A DNA stretch of 64,000 bases, taken from assembly GCA_048128005.1 (NCBI GenBank), contig JBEUKZ010000038.1:62001-126000 (forward strand), given 5' to 3'. The stretch comes from Veleropilina oligotropha (Eukaryota). Shown here piece after piece: positions 11,560 to 22,570 of the stretch. The number at the start of each line of letters is the position of its first letter. Position 1 is the first letter of the stretch. The notes below the pieces were generated by a model. The model worked only from the letters and a program-made list of their open reading frames with translations, searched no databases and was not told the origin of the DNA. Both the position numbers and the translations under genes were made by a program.

Positions 11560-13574
11560 CTTCCGCCGGTGGGAGCGTGTCTGTTAGCGTACAGCCAGTC
11601 GTGGTTAGAACTAACAGACAGCAGCTGGGTCCACTTAGTCGTGAGTGCCGGATACAAGTTGGCATTCAACCGGCATCTGACCCTAACCGAGGCACCACCA
11701 CCAAGACACGCTCGCCTCCTAAACGGAGAGAAACAAGCGGTCTTAGACCAGGCAGTGCGGGATTTGCTCCTAAAAAGAGCGATATATCCCGCGCCGCCCA
11801 GCACACCAGGATTTTACAGCCATTTCTTCCTGGTCCCGAAACCCGATGGCCGCTGGCGACCGATCCTCGATCTCTCACATCTCAACCGATATCTTCGCGC
11901 CGAGAAATTCCAGCAAGAAACCCTCTCGAAGATACGAGCGGCCATCCGTCCGGGAGACTGGGCAGCGTCTATCGATCTGACCGACGCGTATCTGCATGTC
12001 CCGATGCATATCACGGCGGGGAGACGATCTACCAATTCAGGTGCCTACTGTTCGGTCTATCGTCAGCCCCGTACGTCTTCACGAGAACAGTACAGGCCCT
12101 CGGAGCCTTCCTACACTCTCTAGGGCACAGGGTACATATGTACCTCGACGACTGGCTGATCCTCGGGGCGTCCCGGGATCTGTGCCTCCGGTCTACGAGC
12201 TTTACCCTGTCATCGACGAAGCGCCTGGGATTTCAGATCAACGAGACAAAATCCTGCTTCGTGCCCTCGACGACGTTTACGTTCCTCGGAGTCGACTTCG
12301 ATACGGTCCGGTACACCGCGAAACCGACCCAGAAACGTATGCGGAACCTACGCGCGGTTATCCAAGACACCCTGTCATCGGACATAACTACAGCGCGACA
12401 ACTGGCCACTGTCCTGGGGGACATCGAGTCGGTAGCGACCCTGCTACCGACGGGTCGCATGGACAAACGACCGTTACAACAGGCGTTCAGGGATCGCTGG
12501 ATACAACGGACGGGGCAGTGGACGGATCGCATCGATCTTCGGCTTTGGTTTACCAACACGACAGCAGTGTGGTTGAACCCTGCTTTGCCGGACCAGTCGG
12601 TTCCTATATCCCCGCCAGAGCCGAACGCTTACCTGTTCACAGACGCTTCGAACGACGGCTGGGGAGGTCACCTCGACAGTTACGAGACATCGGGCCTATG
12701 GCCGACGGACCTTCAGGGACGACACATCAACTTCCTAGAGTTAGAAGCCGTCTACCTGTCAGTACGGTCCCTCTCGTCACATCTCCGCAACAAGCACATA
12801 ATGCTCGCCACGGACAACACGACTGTCGTCGCTTACATCCAGCACCAGGGCGGCACTCGCTCGCGTCCCCTTTGCGACCGAGCAATAGACCTACACCGCC
12901 TAGTGATGTCCCTCAACTCGACGATTCGAGCCCGACACATCCCGGGAAAGCTGAATGTCAGAGCGGACTCGCTCTCTCGGAAATCACAGATAATACACAC
13001 AGAGTGGACGCTACACAGCCGAGTAGCTCGGGACGTTTGTCGCCGGTGGTCACAACCCCAAGTCGATCTGTTTGCAACAGAATTCAATTACCGACTACCT
13101 CTGTATGTCTCCCCGTACCCGGACCCGGCCGCCCTAGCGGTCGACGCACTGTCAATGACATGGGAGACTCTGTCCGCGTATGCCTTCCCCCCGTCGTGCA
13201 TTCTGACACTGGTATTACAGAAGGCATCGAACGAACGTTGCGAGATAACGCTAATCGCGCCCCTGTATCGCACGCAACCTTGGTTTCCGACCCTCCTCGA
13301 TCTGATCGTCGATCGACCGTTAGCGCTCCCGCAGAAACCGGACCTGTTAATGCAGCCGCGCACCCGTGTACTACATCCATCGCCGAACGACTTACGTTTA
13401 CACGCCTGGCGGTTATCGAACGATCCCTTGCTAAGAAAGGATTTTCTCACGCAACAGCCCTACGCATCTACCGATCGAGAAGGCTTTCCACGACAAAAGT
13501 TTATGACTACCGATGGGTCAAGTACGTGGATTGGTGTCACAGCCGGCAGGTCAATATTCTCCGTCCCCCTGTGA
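11560..13574 (+). pseudogene. DIRS ORF2: reverse transcriptase + RNase H + adenine-methyltransferase-like domain, frameshifted at ~12008
   Basis: In the 9277 frame: PVG...W...GYKLAF, FYSHFFLVPKPDGRWRPILDL, SIDLTDAYLHVP. In the 11538 frame: YQFRCLLFGLSSAP, YLDD, RNase H FTDAS / HINFLELEA / TDNTT / NVRADSLSR, MT-like DLFAT and YAFPP. Confidence 0.92.
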
Positions 13575-14485
13575 ACAAGTTTATCGAGTTTTTATCGTCG
13601 CTCTTTGAACGCGGTATGTCAGTGTCCGCCGTCAAAGGCTATCGGGCAACGATCGCGACCACGTTAAAACAGTGTCGTGCCCAGGTTGGCCTATCTAGCG
13701 ACCGAACGATTTCGGATTTTATACGATCCTACGAGCTCGAGATGCCGACCCGAACCATACGGCCACCTGCCTGGAATATCGTTCTCATTCTTAACGCTCT
13801 ACACTTACCCCCGTACGAGCCGATGTCCACGGTGTCTATGAGGAACTTAACGCACAAAACGGTTTTTCTGATCGCCTTAGCGTCGGGCATGCGTTGTTCC
13901 GAGATTCATAGTTTATCCGCCGAGCTACGAGATATTCGATTCCAGTCAGACGGGTCGGTGATGCTGCGTCCTATTCTGGGCTTTCTCGCCAAGAATCAAC
14001 GGCCGAACGAGGACGCACCTGATATTATTATCCCCAAGCTTACGCTGGTCGGAAGGCACGATGTAGACCGGTTAAACTGCCCCGTGCGGGCCCTACGCTT
14101 CTACCTCGACAGGACCCGTGATATGCGGCAGGGAAAATTACGTTTATTCATTTCGTATTTACCAACTTATACCCGCGACATTACGAAGACGACTGTTTCG
14201 CGGTGGATTTCACAGGTAGTGAGAGATGTATACCTCCGCTGTGAAGAAGTAGACCGCACTATTTTATCGGTCCGCGCGCACGAGGTCCGTGCAATTGCTG
14301 CATCTATTTCCTTCCAACACAGTTTAAATATCACAGCGTTGCTTCAAGCAGGTTACTGGAAGAATGCTAATGTCTTTGTTAAATATTACCTGCGGGATTA
14401 TTCAACTGGGGCTGATGGGTTGAGCAGCTTACAGTGTGTCGCTGCTCAACGATGTATTGTTAGACCGAGGTCGTCTAATCAGTGA
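11996..14485 (+). CDS. DIRS ORF3 tyrosine recombinase; recognisable domain from ~13390, long upstream overlap with ORF2
   Basis: SAM-like YDYRWVKYVDWC; catalytic SGMRCSEI (R), CPVRAL, HEVR (HxxR), GYW, FVKYYL (Y); no stops; true start uncertain. Confidence 0.93.
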   Translation: MSRCISRRGDDLPIQVPTVRSIVSPVRLHENSTGPRSLPTLSRAQGTYVPRRLADPRGVPGSVPPVYELYPVIDEAPGISDQRDKILLRALDDVYVPRSRLRYGPVHRETDPETYAEPTRGYPRHPVIGHNYSATTGHCPGGHRVGSDPATDGSHGQTTVTTGVQGSLDTTDGAVDGSHRSSALVYQHDSSVVEPCFAGPVGSYIPARAERLPVHRRFERRLGRSPRQLRDIGPMADGPSGTTHQLPRVRSRLPVSTVPLVTSPQQAHNARHGQHDCRRLHPAPGRHSLASPLRPSNRPTPPSDVPQLDDSSPTHPGKAECQSGLALSEITDNTHRVDATQPSSSGRLSPVVTTPSRSVCNRIQLPTTSVCLPVPGPGRPSGRRTVNDMGDSVRVCLPPVVHSDTGITEGIERTLRDNANRAPVSHATLVSDPPRSDRRSTVSAPAETGPVNAAAHPCTTSIAERLTFTRLAVIERSLAKKGFSHATALRIYRSRRLSTTKVYDYRWVKYVDWCHSRQVNILRPPVNKFIEFLSSLFERGMSVSAVKGYRATIATTLKQCRAQVGLSSDRTISDFIRSYELEMPTRTIRPPAWNIVLILNALHLPPYEPMSTVSMRNLTHKTVFLIALASGMRCSEIHSLSAELRDIRFQSDGSVMLRPILGFLAKNQRPNEDAPDIIIPKLTLVGRHDVDRLNCPVRALRFYLDRTRDMRQGKLRLFISYLPTYTRDITKTTVSRWISQVVRDVYLRCEEVDRTILSVRAHEVRAIAASISFQHSLNITALLQAGYWKNANVFVKYYLRDYSTGADGLSSLQCVAAQRCIVRPRSSNQ

Positions 14486-15057
14486 GTATTGTTACTTGAT
14501 TTATCAATTTACATAATCTGTGCTGATGCAATGCTATTGTTATGCCTAGCTATTCTATGAAATAGACATTATGAGGCGATTCATTGTATGTTCATTTCTT
14601 AAAAACATTTTAAGATTTTGATACTTTCATGTCATACCTGAGTATTTGACAAGCCAGTTCACATTGAATTTAATAAACAATTATTTTGCAACAACGTCTT
14701 ATAGAATTTTGAGGTTCAATATTATTGATGTTCTAGGCTGTTACAAAGAACATACGATGTTCAAGACATTGAAAATTTTTTAATATTTGCTTCCTTAAAA
14801 TTTATTTTAAGTAACATGTTATACTCATGTTAGCTATTCGCAAGTTGGTCATGCGAATCAATATTAATATCGATTATTTATAATAATCTATTAATTCTTT
14901 GCTTATGATTTGATATCTTCACTACCTAGCTATTAGGTTCCGTGTGCTTACAAATCCGACTGCTTCCTCTGGCTACCGGCCTATGGCCAGGAGTACCATT
15001 TGGCTGCCACTGGCCCATGACACGTAAGACCTACAAGGATAATCCTTCCGGCCGTGC

Positions 15058-16228
15058 CATACATGTGATAAACCCAAAATACCATTCCAGGAGGTTGGGG
15101 TCAATATTCCAGGAGATTCCAGAAGTATTTTTATCGGAGCATTTTATCGTCGATTTCGTCATATATTTGAAATTATTTGAATAAAAAGGCATTCATAGAA
15201 ATGAAATATTATTTTATTTATGCAATCAAAACAATACCAATAAATATTATAATTAAATATATATATATTAAACACCATAAAATAATTATATAATACAACC
15301 TTAAATATTTACAATTCTTATTGTATATATCTTCAGTAAAGTACAACATGCACAGCCTTAATTACTTAATTACTTGATCAGCATGTTGTCATAACAAAAT
15401 TAAACCTAAAAAAGCCGATTATCATTAATAATCTTATATTTTTAAAAGTTCTTGCGGACAATCCAGATTACCTTTTCGGTTAGGCCTTAGCTATGTACTT
15501 TGCCGATAAACGCAAACTTGTATTAAATCACTCGAGCTCAGAGCATGTCAGTTGCGCTAATCCCTATTATTTGGCAACTCTACTGAAAATCTTGATGAGT
15601 AATTAAACAATAGACATTTTCATAGAATTTATTCCCAATTAATTTGCTTTATTAGCTCTATTGACATCTAATTCTTTGTGAACTACGGTCCTACATCAAA
15701 TAGATCACAACATTGATTCGAAAATTATCTTCGTATTAAATAGTACAAATTTAAATACCCGGTGCGAGATTATTTTGTAATGCAATATAAAGAGATATGA
15801 AAGTCGGAAAACACTCGTATATTTCCGTAAATAGTTCCCGAAATTACTGCGCGACAATTACTATCAACACAAAAGCACGCTTCAATGTTTCAACAAAAGA
15901 ACGCTGAGTGCTTGTGGTAAACGAAGTATCAAACGAATATTTTGACAATAATCTTCATGCTCTATCGCGTTCTATCTACACAATTTATGTAGAGGTATAT
16001 TGTTACAGTATCTACTGTATTTGACGACTTATTAAACGAGTTCCGTTATCGACTCCAAAACTATTGCGGATAAGAAATAACATTGCGAAAATAGCTTTGA
16101 GGGAGAAATCAAGATATTCCGGTAGGAATTTATCATTTCGGGAGATATCTGTCATTTCGGGAGTAGGCCATTTTGGGGGTGCCGATTTCGGGAGAATTAT
16201 ACTCCCGGCGGGAGGTATCACATGTATG
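15058..16228. mobile_element. hAT-like MITE inserted in the DIRS 3' region
   Basis: TIRs catacatgtgata / tatcacatgtatg; TSD ccgtgc (15052-15057, 16229-16234); subterminal ttcgggag repeats. Confidence 0.8.
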
Positions 16229-16464
16229 CCGTGCCTGGGGCTGAGTGCACTTCCGCTTCACCTCGTCCGACTAACACCACGGCGTATTCTCCCGGTAACA
16301 CTGGTCGAAATTCTCGCTTGGTAAGAGTTGAATATAATACTCAGTAAATTCCACTCTGGGCGGACACAATCGACGTTCATGCTGATTGAAATGGTGAAAA
16401 GTAAGTCATTATCTTGTTTGGGTTTGCTGTAAGGAACTTCTTACCCACCTATCCAAGGTTATTC

Positions 16465-16555
16465 TGGCAAGAGTAAGGACGTAAGTATGTTTGTAACTAC
16501 ATATGAGGTTTTTAATTAAACCTAATATTAGTTAAAACATACTTACGTCCTTACT
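16465..16555 (+). repeat. DIRS internal complementary region (ICR)
   Basis: Left half is complementary to the element's 5' end (8332-8371); right half is complementary to the 3' end (16806-16857); the halves join at ATAT. Confidence 0.95.
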
Positions 16556-16614
16556 GCGATTACCCACCCTGCGTTTCGCATTCCTCTCCTCTACTAAGTT
16601 CCTTTGGGGTTCTG

Positions 16615-16857
16615 AACTTTGAATTGAGGTCTTGCGACTTCGATGGTTCGGAAGTCTCGCGAGACTTGGCGAGATCTCGCTGGGGGAACTTAGGAGAGGT
16701 GGAGCAGGGGATGTAATCGTAGTGTTTTTGACTTAAAAGGAGTGCCTAAATGTGACTTTATTCACTGTTTCCGGTTGGCGATAATATGACTATTATGGCA
16801 AGAGCAAGGACGTAAGTATGTTTTAACTAATATTAGGTTTAATTAAAAACCTCATAT
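16615..16857 (+). repeat. DIRS right ITR plus right extension
   Basis: 16615-16823 is an inverted copy of the left ITR; 16824-16857 is a unique extension complementary to the ICR. Confidence 0.95.
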
Positions 16858-17330
16858 TAGTAACCAATATAATATCGAACGATTAACCAACTTAATGTTG
16901 ATTATAAAATACAAGCTTGAAAAATGCCATCAGCTGTCACTTTGTCTCTGTAACAGAATAATTGTATCTTTTAGTTTTACAGAAAAATTGAAAATAGAGG
17001 CTTCACCCCCACAATTTTTAACTCACGGTAGCCAAAGCAAGCTCAGGTAATCTGTCTAGGGATCACAATTTGTCTCTGTTTGGTTCAAACTTGATCACTT
17101 TCTCTCATTGTTCTCATTAACCTGTCATTAACCCGTCATTTACCCATCATTAACCCGTCATCAACCAGACTTCCAAAAATGTGATCAGGGGTTCATAAAG
17201 AAGCTAGGTGGTGTGAAAGGAAGAATGTAACACAGTATCAATTATTCTGCGTGTATAATTTCATGACCTCATTTTTCACTAATTTAATTAATGAATTATG
17301 TATAAATACCACTTATTGTGTGGATCTTTT

Positions 17331-17730
17331 CTAATTGGAGGACTTATAACTATTAATATGCTGTGTACTGTGGATGCTTCTTGTGTGCCAAGAAAATAAC
17401 TGCTGATGAGAGAGATGATTGGGGTGTTGTTTCAATGTTTTTTTAGACCCAGATATTGCATAACATTTGGCATGGCATCCAGTGACATTGTGTAAAGCTA
17501 TCATGTCTACCCTAGTTCTCGATATACCATGCTCATAAATCATCCTGTCATTTCCAGCACGTAACCACCCAGTTCTCACTGTATATTATTGCTGTCTGTA
17601 AGGTAAGATATCATTGCTTGGGCTTTCTGGTGCAGACCCATTTGTGATTGATATGCAAGGGGTGCTTGTGCTAACTAAAAACAAGAACAGTGTGTGTATC
17701 GTGTTTTTCCAGTGTCCGGAATTCTATGAT
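17331..17730 (-). pseudogene. Decayed Academ-like transposase fragment (XPG/H2TH-like region)
   Basis: Minus-strand SPSNDI...WLRAG...ALHNVTGCH...SGSKKT resembles the S-DTDV...W...G...HA-TGCD...G-GK motif order; contains stops. Confidence 0.35.
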
Positions 17731-17782
17731 ACTTTAGATTTGGGATATTAAATTTAAAACGTTGTGAGCTGGTTAGTAGTCA

Positions 17783-20700
17783 TAGTCCATGGGCTAGGTA
17801 CCGAAGTCCTTCACCCCCCCCCCCCCCCCCCCCCATGATCCTCCGAAAGTGGTATCATTTTGTCCATGGGACTCATAGTCCTGAATGAAAATAGACATGT
17901 TCCCATCAACTATTTTGGGCTGCACTATGCATTTACAGGAAAAGCACATTATTTTGCTGGTATTCCATATATTCCATATGTTTAGAAATGTTTATAAACA
18001 TGTTTATATCAATTTTTTGAGTTACACTATAGGCATTGTGGGCAATTTTCAAAATAGCCGACATCGAAAAATGGTAGAATTGAAGAAAAGCACCATATTT
18101 TGCTGTTTTTCGAAATATAATGTTGTGTATTAGGGATTTATAAACATGTTCACATCAATTTATTTATAGGCTGCGCTATGCATTATGGGCCATTTTCAAA
18201 ATGGCCGCCACGATCGAAAAGTGAAGAATACAAGAAAAGCATAAAATTTTGTTTTTATTCCATATCTAATGTAGCGTATTAGATATTTATAATAAATATA
18301 AATGTTTAAAAGTGTATGTAGACATATTGGCATCAATTTAATTATAGAATACTGTGCATTATGGACAATTTTCAAAATGACCAAATTACCGAAAAAGCAC
18401 CATCTTTTTTCCTTATTCGAATTATAATGTTAGGTATTAGAGTTTTATTATAAAGAAAAATGTTTAGAAGGGTTTATCGACATGTCCAAATCAATTTATT
18501 TGGGGTGTGCTATGCATTATGGGTCATTTTCAAAATGGCAGCCATGATCGAAAAACAAAGAATATTAGAAAAGCACCAAATTTTGTTGTTATTCGAAATA
18601 TAATGTTGTATATTAGGGATTTGTAATAAAGATAAATGTTTAAGAGTGCATTTAGTAGCATATATATGTATTTGTCAAGTGTCAACCATCTTGATTTTCA
18701 AAGATGGACATCAATTTGAAGCGGAAGTTTCATACTTTTCCTTGAAAATCGCTTAGTCTTACTAATATGTTTGCAAGGTTAGTTAGCACATCAATCCGTA
18801 TGTACTTGGTACAATGTCATACTTTGTATAATATCTATTTTACAGTGAACATTTGTGATTAATTATGGTACACATTATAAAAAAATACATCTTGCTGTTG
18901 ATTATAACAATTGTGACATGAGGATCAATCTTTCAAGTTCATCATCACTGCATGTTGTCTCCGCTGTAAACATCTGGAGGTCTGAATTATAAAACCCATT
19001 ATCAAATTCATCAGAATTCCGCATTGTTATATCTCTTTCAATTCAATTTTTCACATTCTAGAGAGTTGATCAATGTCCATCCGTGGGATATGTCATTGTG
19101 GGATATCATCAAACCCCTGTATCACCATCTGTTAATTGATCTGTGTTCCGATCACCACTCTGCTGCTACACTCAATGTTATTGCCTACATGTATTTGACC
19201 ATCTGCGGAATTGCATATATTGGTGATGAGCATGTGACGTACTTGATCGGTGCTCTTGAATCGCTGATGACCATATATAATGCATGTGGCATAACTCTTT
19301 CATACCTCTTTCCTGGTTTTCAGAAACCTTCCAAAGTCTGATAATACTGCTAATAGAATAGGTTGATATTGACTGGCTCGATTTCAGTTAGATCCATACT
19401 TTATCATATAAACTATGACACCCCCTTAGAGTCAAACGAGGTTATGCCAATATTATCACAAGAGGAAACCCTGTTACCAAGGAAAACCTTCCCGGATAGT
19501 TATGAACTACTGGTACTGCATTATACACATGAATTCCACAAAGTCTTTGTTGGAGCATCCTTTAGCCCATTCAGCAGCTGGGACTTGCTGTCATCATCAA
19601 TACATTTGAATGCGCGGGTAGTGCAGTGAACTCTTTCTTAATGAACTGTTTTGTTAATTATGATTTCTGTTAAAAGGAATGGCGACATTAAATTTACTGC
19701 TTTGTTCATCAAGATATAGAACATGAGATGTCCTTGTCATATCTCCTCTCATGATACGCTATTCACCACTTCACCATCTTATTCTTTCCAAGTCATTGAT
19801 GGAATAAAAGTAGTACGTGCTGGTATCGATACCAAAGATGATATCCGAGTTCTTGACCATTATGTCGAATACAGATAAAGCGGTCAATACAATAATCCAT
19901 ATGCTGCTTCCCCCATGATCCTCCGATGGTGCTTATCTGTTATTCGTCGTTTTTTATGGCGGCCATTTTGAAAATGACCTATAATGCACAGCACATTCTA
20001 TAATTAAATTAACGCGAATATGTCTATATACACTTTTAAACATTTATATTTATTATAAACATCTAATACGCTACATTAGATATGGAATAAAAACAAAATT
20101 TGATGCTTTTCTTGTATTCTTCACTTTTCGATTTTTCAAATGACGCACATCCCAAATAAATTGAATTGAACATGTCTATAAACGCTCCTAAATATTTTTC
20201 TTTAATTAAATCTCTAATAATCAATATTATAATTCGAATAACGACAAAATATGGTGCTTTTCTGGTAATTTCGTCATTGTTTTCGAATGTTCTTTGTTTT
20301 TCGATCATGGCGGTTATTTTAAAAATGACCCATAATGCATAGCACATTACATATAGATTAATTTGAACATGTATATAAACCCTTCTAAACATTTTTCTTT
20401 ATTATAAATCTCTAATACTCAACATTATAATTCGAATAACGACAAAAGATGGTGCTTTTCCGGTATTTTTGTCATTTTTTATGGCGACCATTTTGAAAAT
20501 AGCCCATAATGCACAGAACAATCTATAATTCAATTGTTGCGAATATGTCTACATTCACTTTTAAGCATTTGTATTTATTATAAATATCTAATATGCTACA
20601 TTTGATGCTTTTCTTGTAATCTTCACTTGTCGATCTTGGCGGTCATTTTGAAATTGGCCCATAATGCATAGCGCAGCCTATAAATAAATTGATGTGAACA

Positions 20701-21170
20701 TGTCTATAAATACTTCTAAACATTTATTATTATTATAAATCCCTAATACACAACGTTATATTGAGGATAACAACAAAATATGGTGATTTTCTTCAATTCT
20801 TCCATTTTTGATTGAAAATTGCCCATAATGCCTTAGCGTTACCCAAACAAATTGATATTTATAAACATGTTGATGAACACTTCTAAATATGTATCTTTAT
20901 TATTGATCCTTATTATTGATCCTTATTATTGATCCTTAATATGCAACATTTTATATGGAATACAATAACAGCAAAATAATGTGCTGTTCTTGTAATCGTC
21001 ATTATTCGATGGCGGCCATTTTGAAAATGGCCTATAATGCATTACGCGGCCCAAAATAATTGATGGGAACATGTCTATTTTCATTCGTATGAGTCCCATG
21101 AACAAAATGATACCACTCTAGGAGGATCATGGGGGGGGATTCAGGACTTCGGTACCTCCTCCATGGACTA
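17783..21170. mobile_element. Academ-like non-autonomous foldback DNA transposon
   Basis: Termini tagtccatgg...gtaccgaagtcct / aggacttcggtac...ccatggacta; 3-bp TSD tca (17780-17782, 21171-21173); inverted arms of ~0.9 and ~1.2 kb built from ~150-180-bp 'cattatggg.cattttcaaaatggc' units. Confidence 0.8.
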
Positions 21171-22113
21171 TCATTAGTTCTGTATGTTGTCAAGTTTGTA
21201 GCCTTGAAATCAAGACAAAATATATCAGGACATGCTTGTTCCTAGCATGTTTTATATCTTTTTATCACAAGTAGGGCAATTTATTACTTGTTAGCTAAGT
21301 AAATGGTAAATATATAGGCTCTCAAATACACATTTTTCAATTGCATTTTTTGCAATTCAAGGCATTCCAGGTCTCCACATCTAAATCGGAGTAATTTGAA
21401 TTTCCAGAATGTTTCCAACCGAGTGGGTGGTATAGGATGGTGATGCAAAGATATCCTCAAAGAACGAGGTATCACATGATCCTTCATGTTGCTGAGTTAT
21501 GGGTGTCTGGCCCATTTGTCTGGAACATGAACAGTGACTTTTGCATCTGGTGTAATATGGTATCCCAATGTTGTGTAACAATGTGGGAGTTAACTGTTCT
21601 GACCGATAACTCCCTTCATTGAGTGCTGTAATAAATTCATCTTCAAATGCAGGATCTAGTGCGTGATTTATTAATGGCCTCTGTGCTCGATATCAAGGAA
21701 AATTGGATTGCTTTGATATTTGAACTTCTGAGTGAGTGTTGATTCAAAGGATTTGTGAATCATAACATAGGTGCAGTTTGTCTTTGCTGCACAATTTAAA
21801 TTACTGTCAGATATATGTGGTGAAAAGTTTGTGTGAGTGTCTGAATTGAACTGAATTGATTGATAACTCAACCTGAGCACCCATATTTATATATATTCTC
21901 AGGTCAATGATGTACTAACAGATAGTGATCATGGGATCGGGCGAGATTCAATACTGTGCAATGACAACCCATAATGTGTGTTGACAATCAATGGTCACAC
22001 ATCAGAAACATTATATGGCTATATATTGCGCTGAGACGGCCATGATGCCCCATCCGTGAACATAATTATTTTTCGACATATTTCATGACTGCCAGCCATG
22101 GACTCGCTGTATA

Positions 22114-22570
22114 CACCTGTTGGTAAAGTGCGCTAAAATATCTGAGATCATGCACCGAGTGAAAGGCAGATTATGCGCTAAAAATGGTCAAATATCTCCA
22201 ATTATGTGCTGGAATAGCATATTTTTTTTAACCAAGATTGATTCTGGTTGAATTTCCGTGTTAGTAAACTAATAAAATCCATCTCACAGTCCGTATCATT
22301 TTTACAAAATTACCCACGAGACGCCACAGAAATAAATTTTAGTGTAAACTTTGTTTCGTGTTAAAGCTCTTGACAAAATGTTAATTTCATGTAGAAACAC
22401 TAAATAAACAATTTTATTGTGATTTTGAAATGGCAGTAATCATGAAATTGCACTAAAATGGTGTATAAAAGATATATAAAAACGAAAATTGGTAAATTAT
22501 GCACTCGTACGGAATTGTTAAAATTATGCGCTACGCACTGCGTTCGCATATCGCACTTTTCCAACAAGTG
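22114..22570. mobile_element. MITE with TA TSD
   Basis: ta|cacctgttggtaaagtgcg ... cgcacttttccaacaagtg|ta; internal attatgcgcta repeats. Confidence 0.65.

Larger units (their letters stand above)
8332..16857 (+). mobile_element. Full-length DIRS1-type tyrosine-recombinase retrotransposon
   Basis: GC-rich block with gag, RT/RH/MT and YR ORFs; 209-bp ITRs; internal complementary region; ATAT at both termini. Confidence 0.96.

Noticed and set aside
9277..12123. Single 948-aa protein as given by the ORF track
   Set aside because: It is a composite of gag, the RT N-terminus and an out-of-frame tail after the deletion at ~12008.
9682..13450. Numerous short antisense or alternate-frame ORFs inside DIRS
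   Set aside because: Expected by-products of GC-rich, dual-coding sequence.
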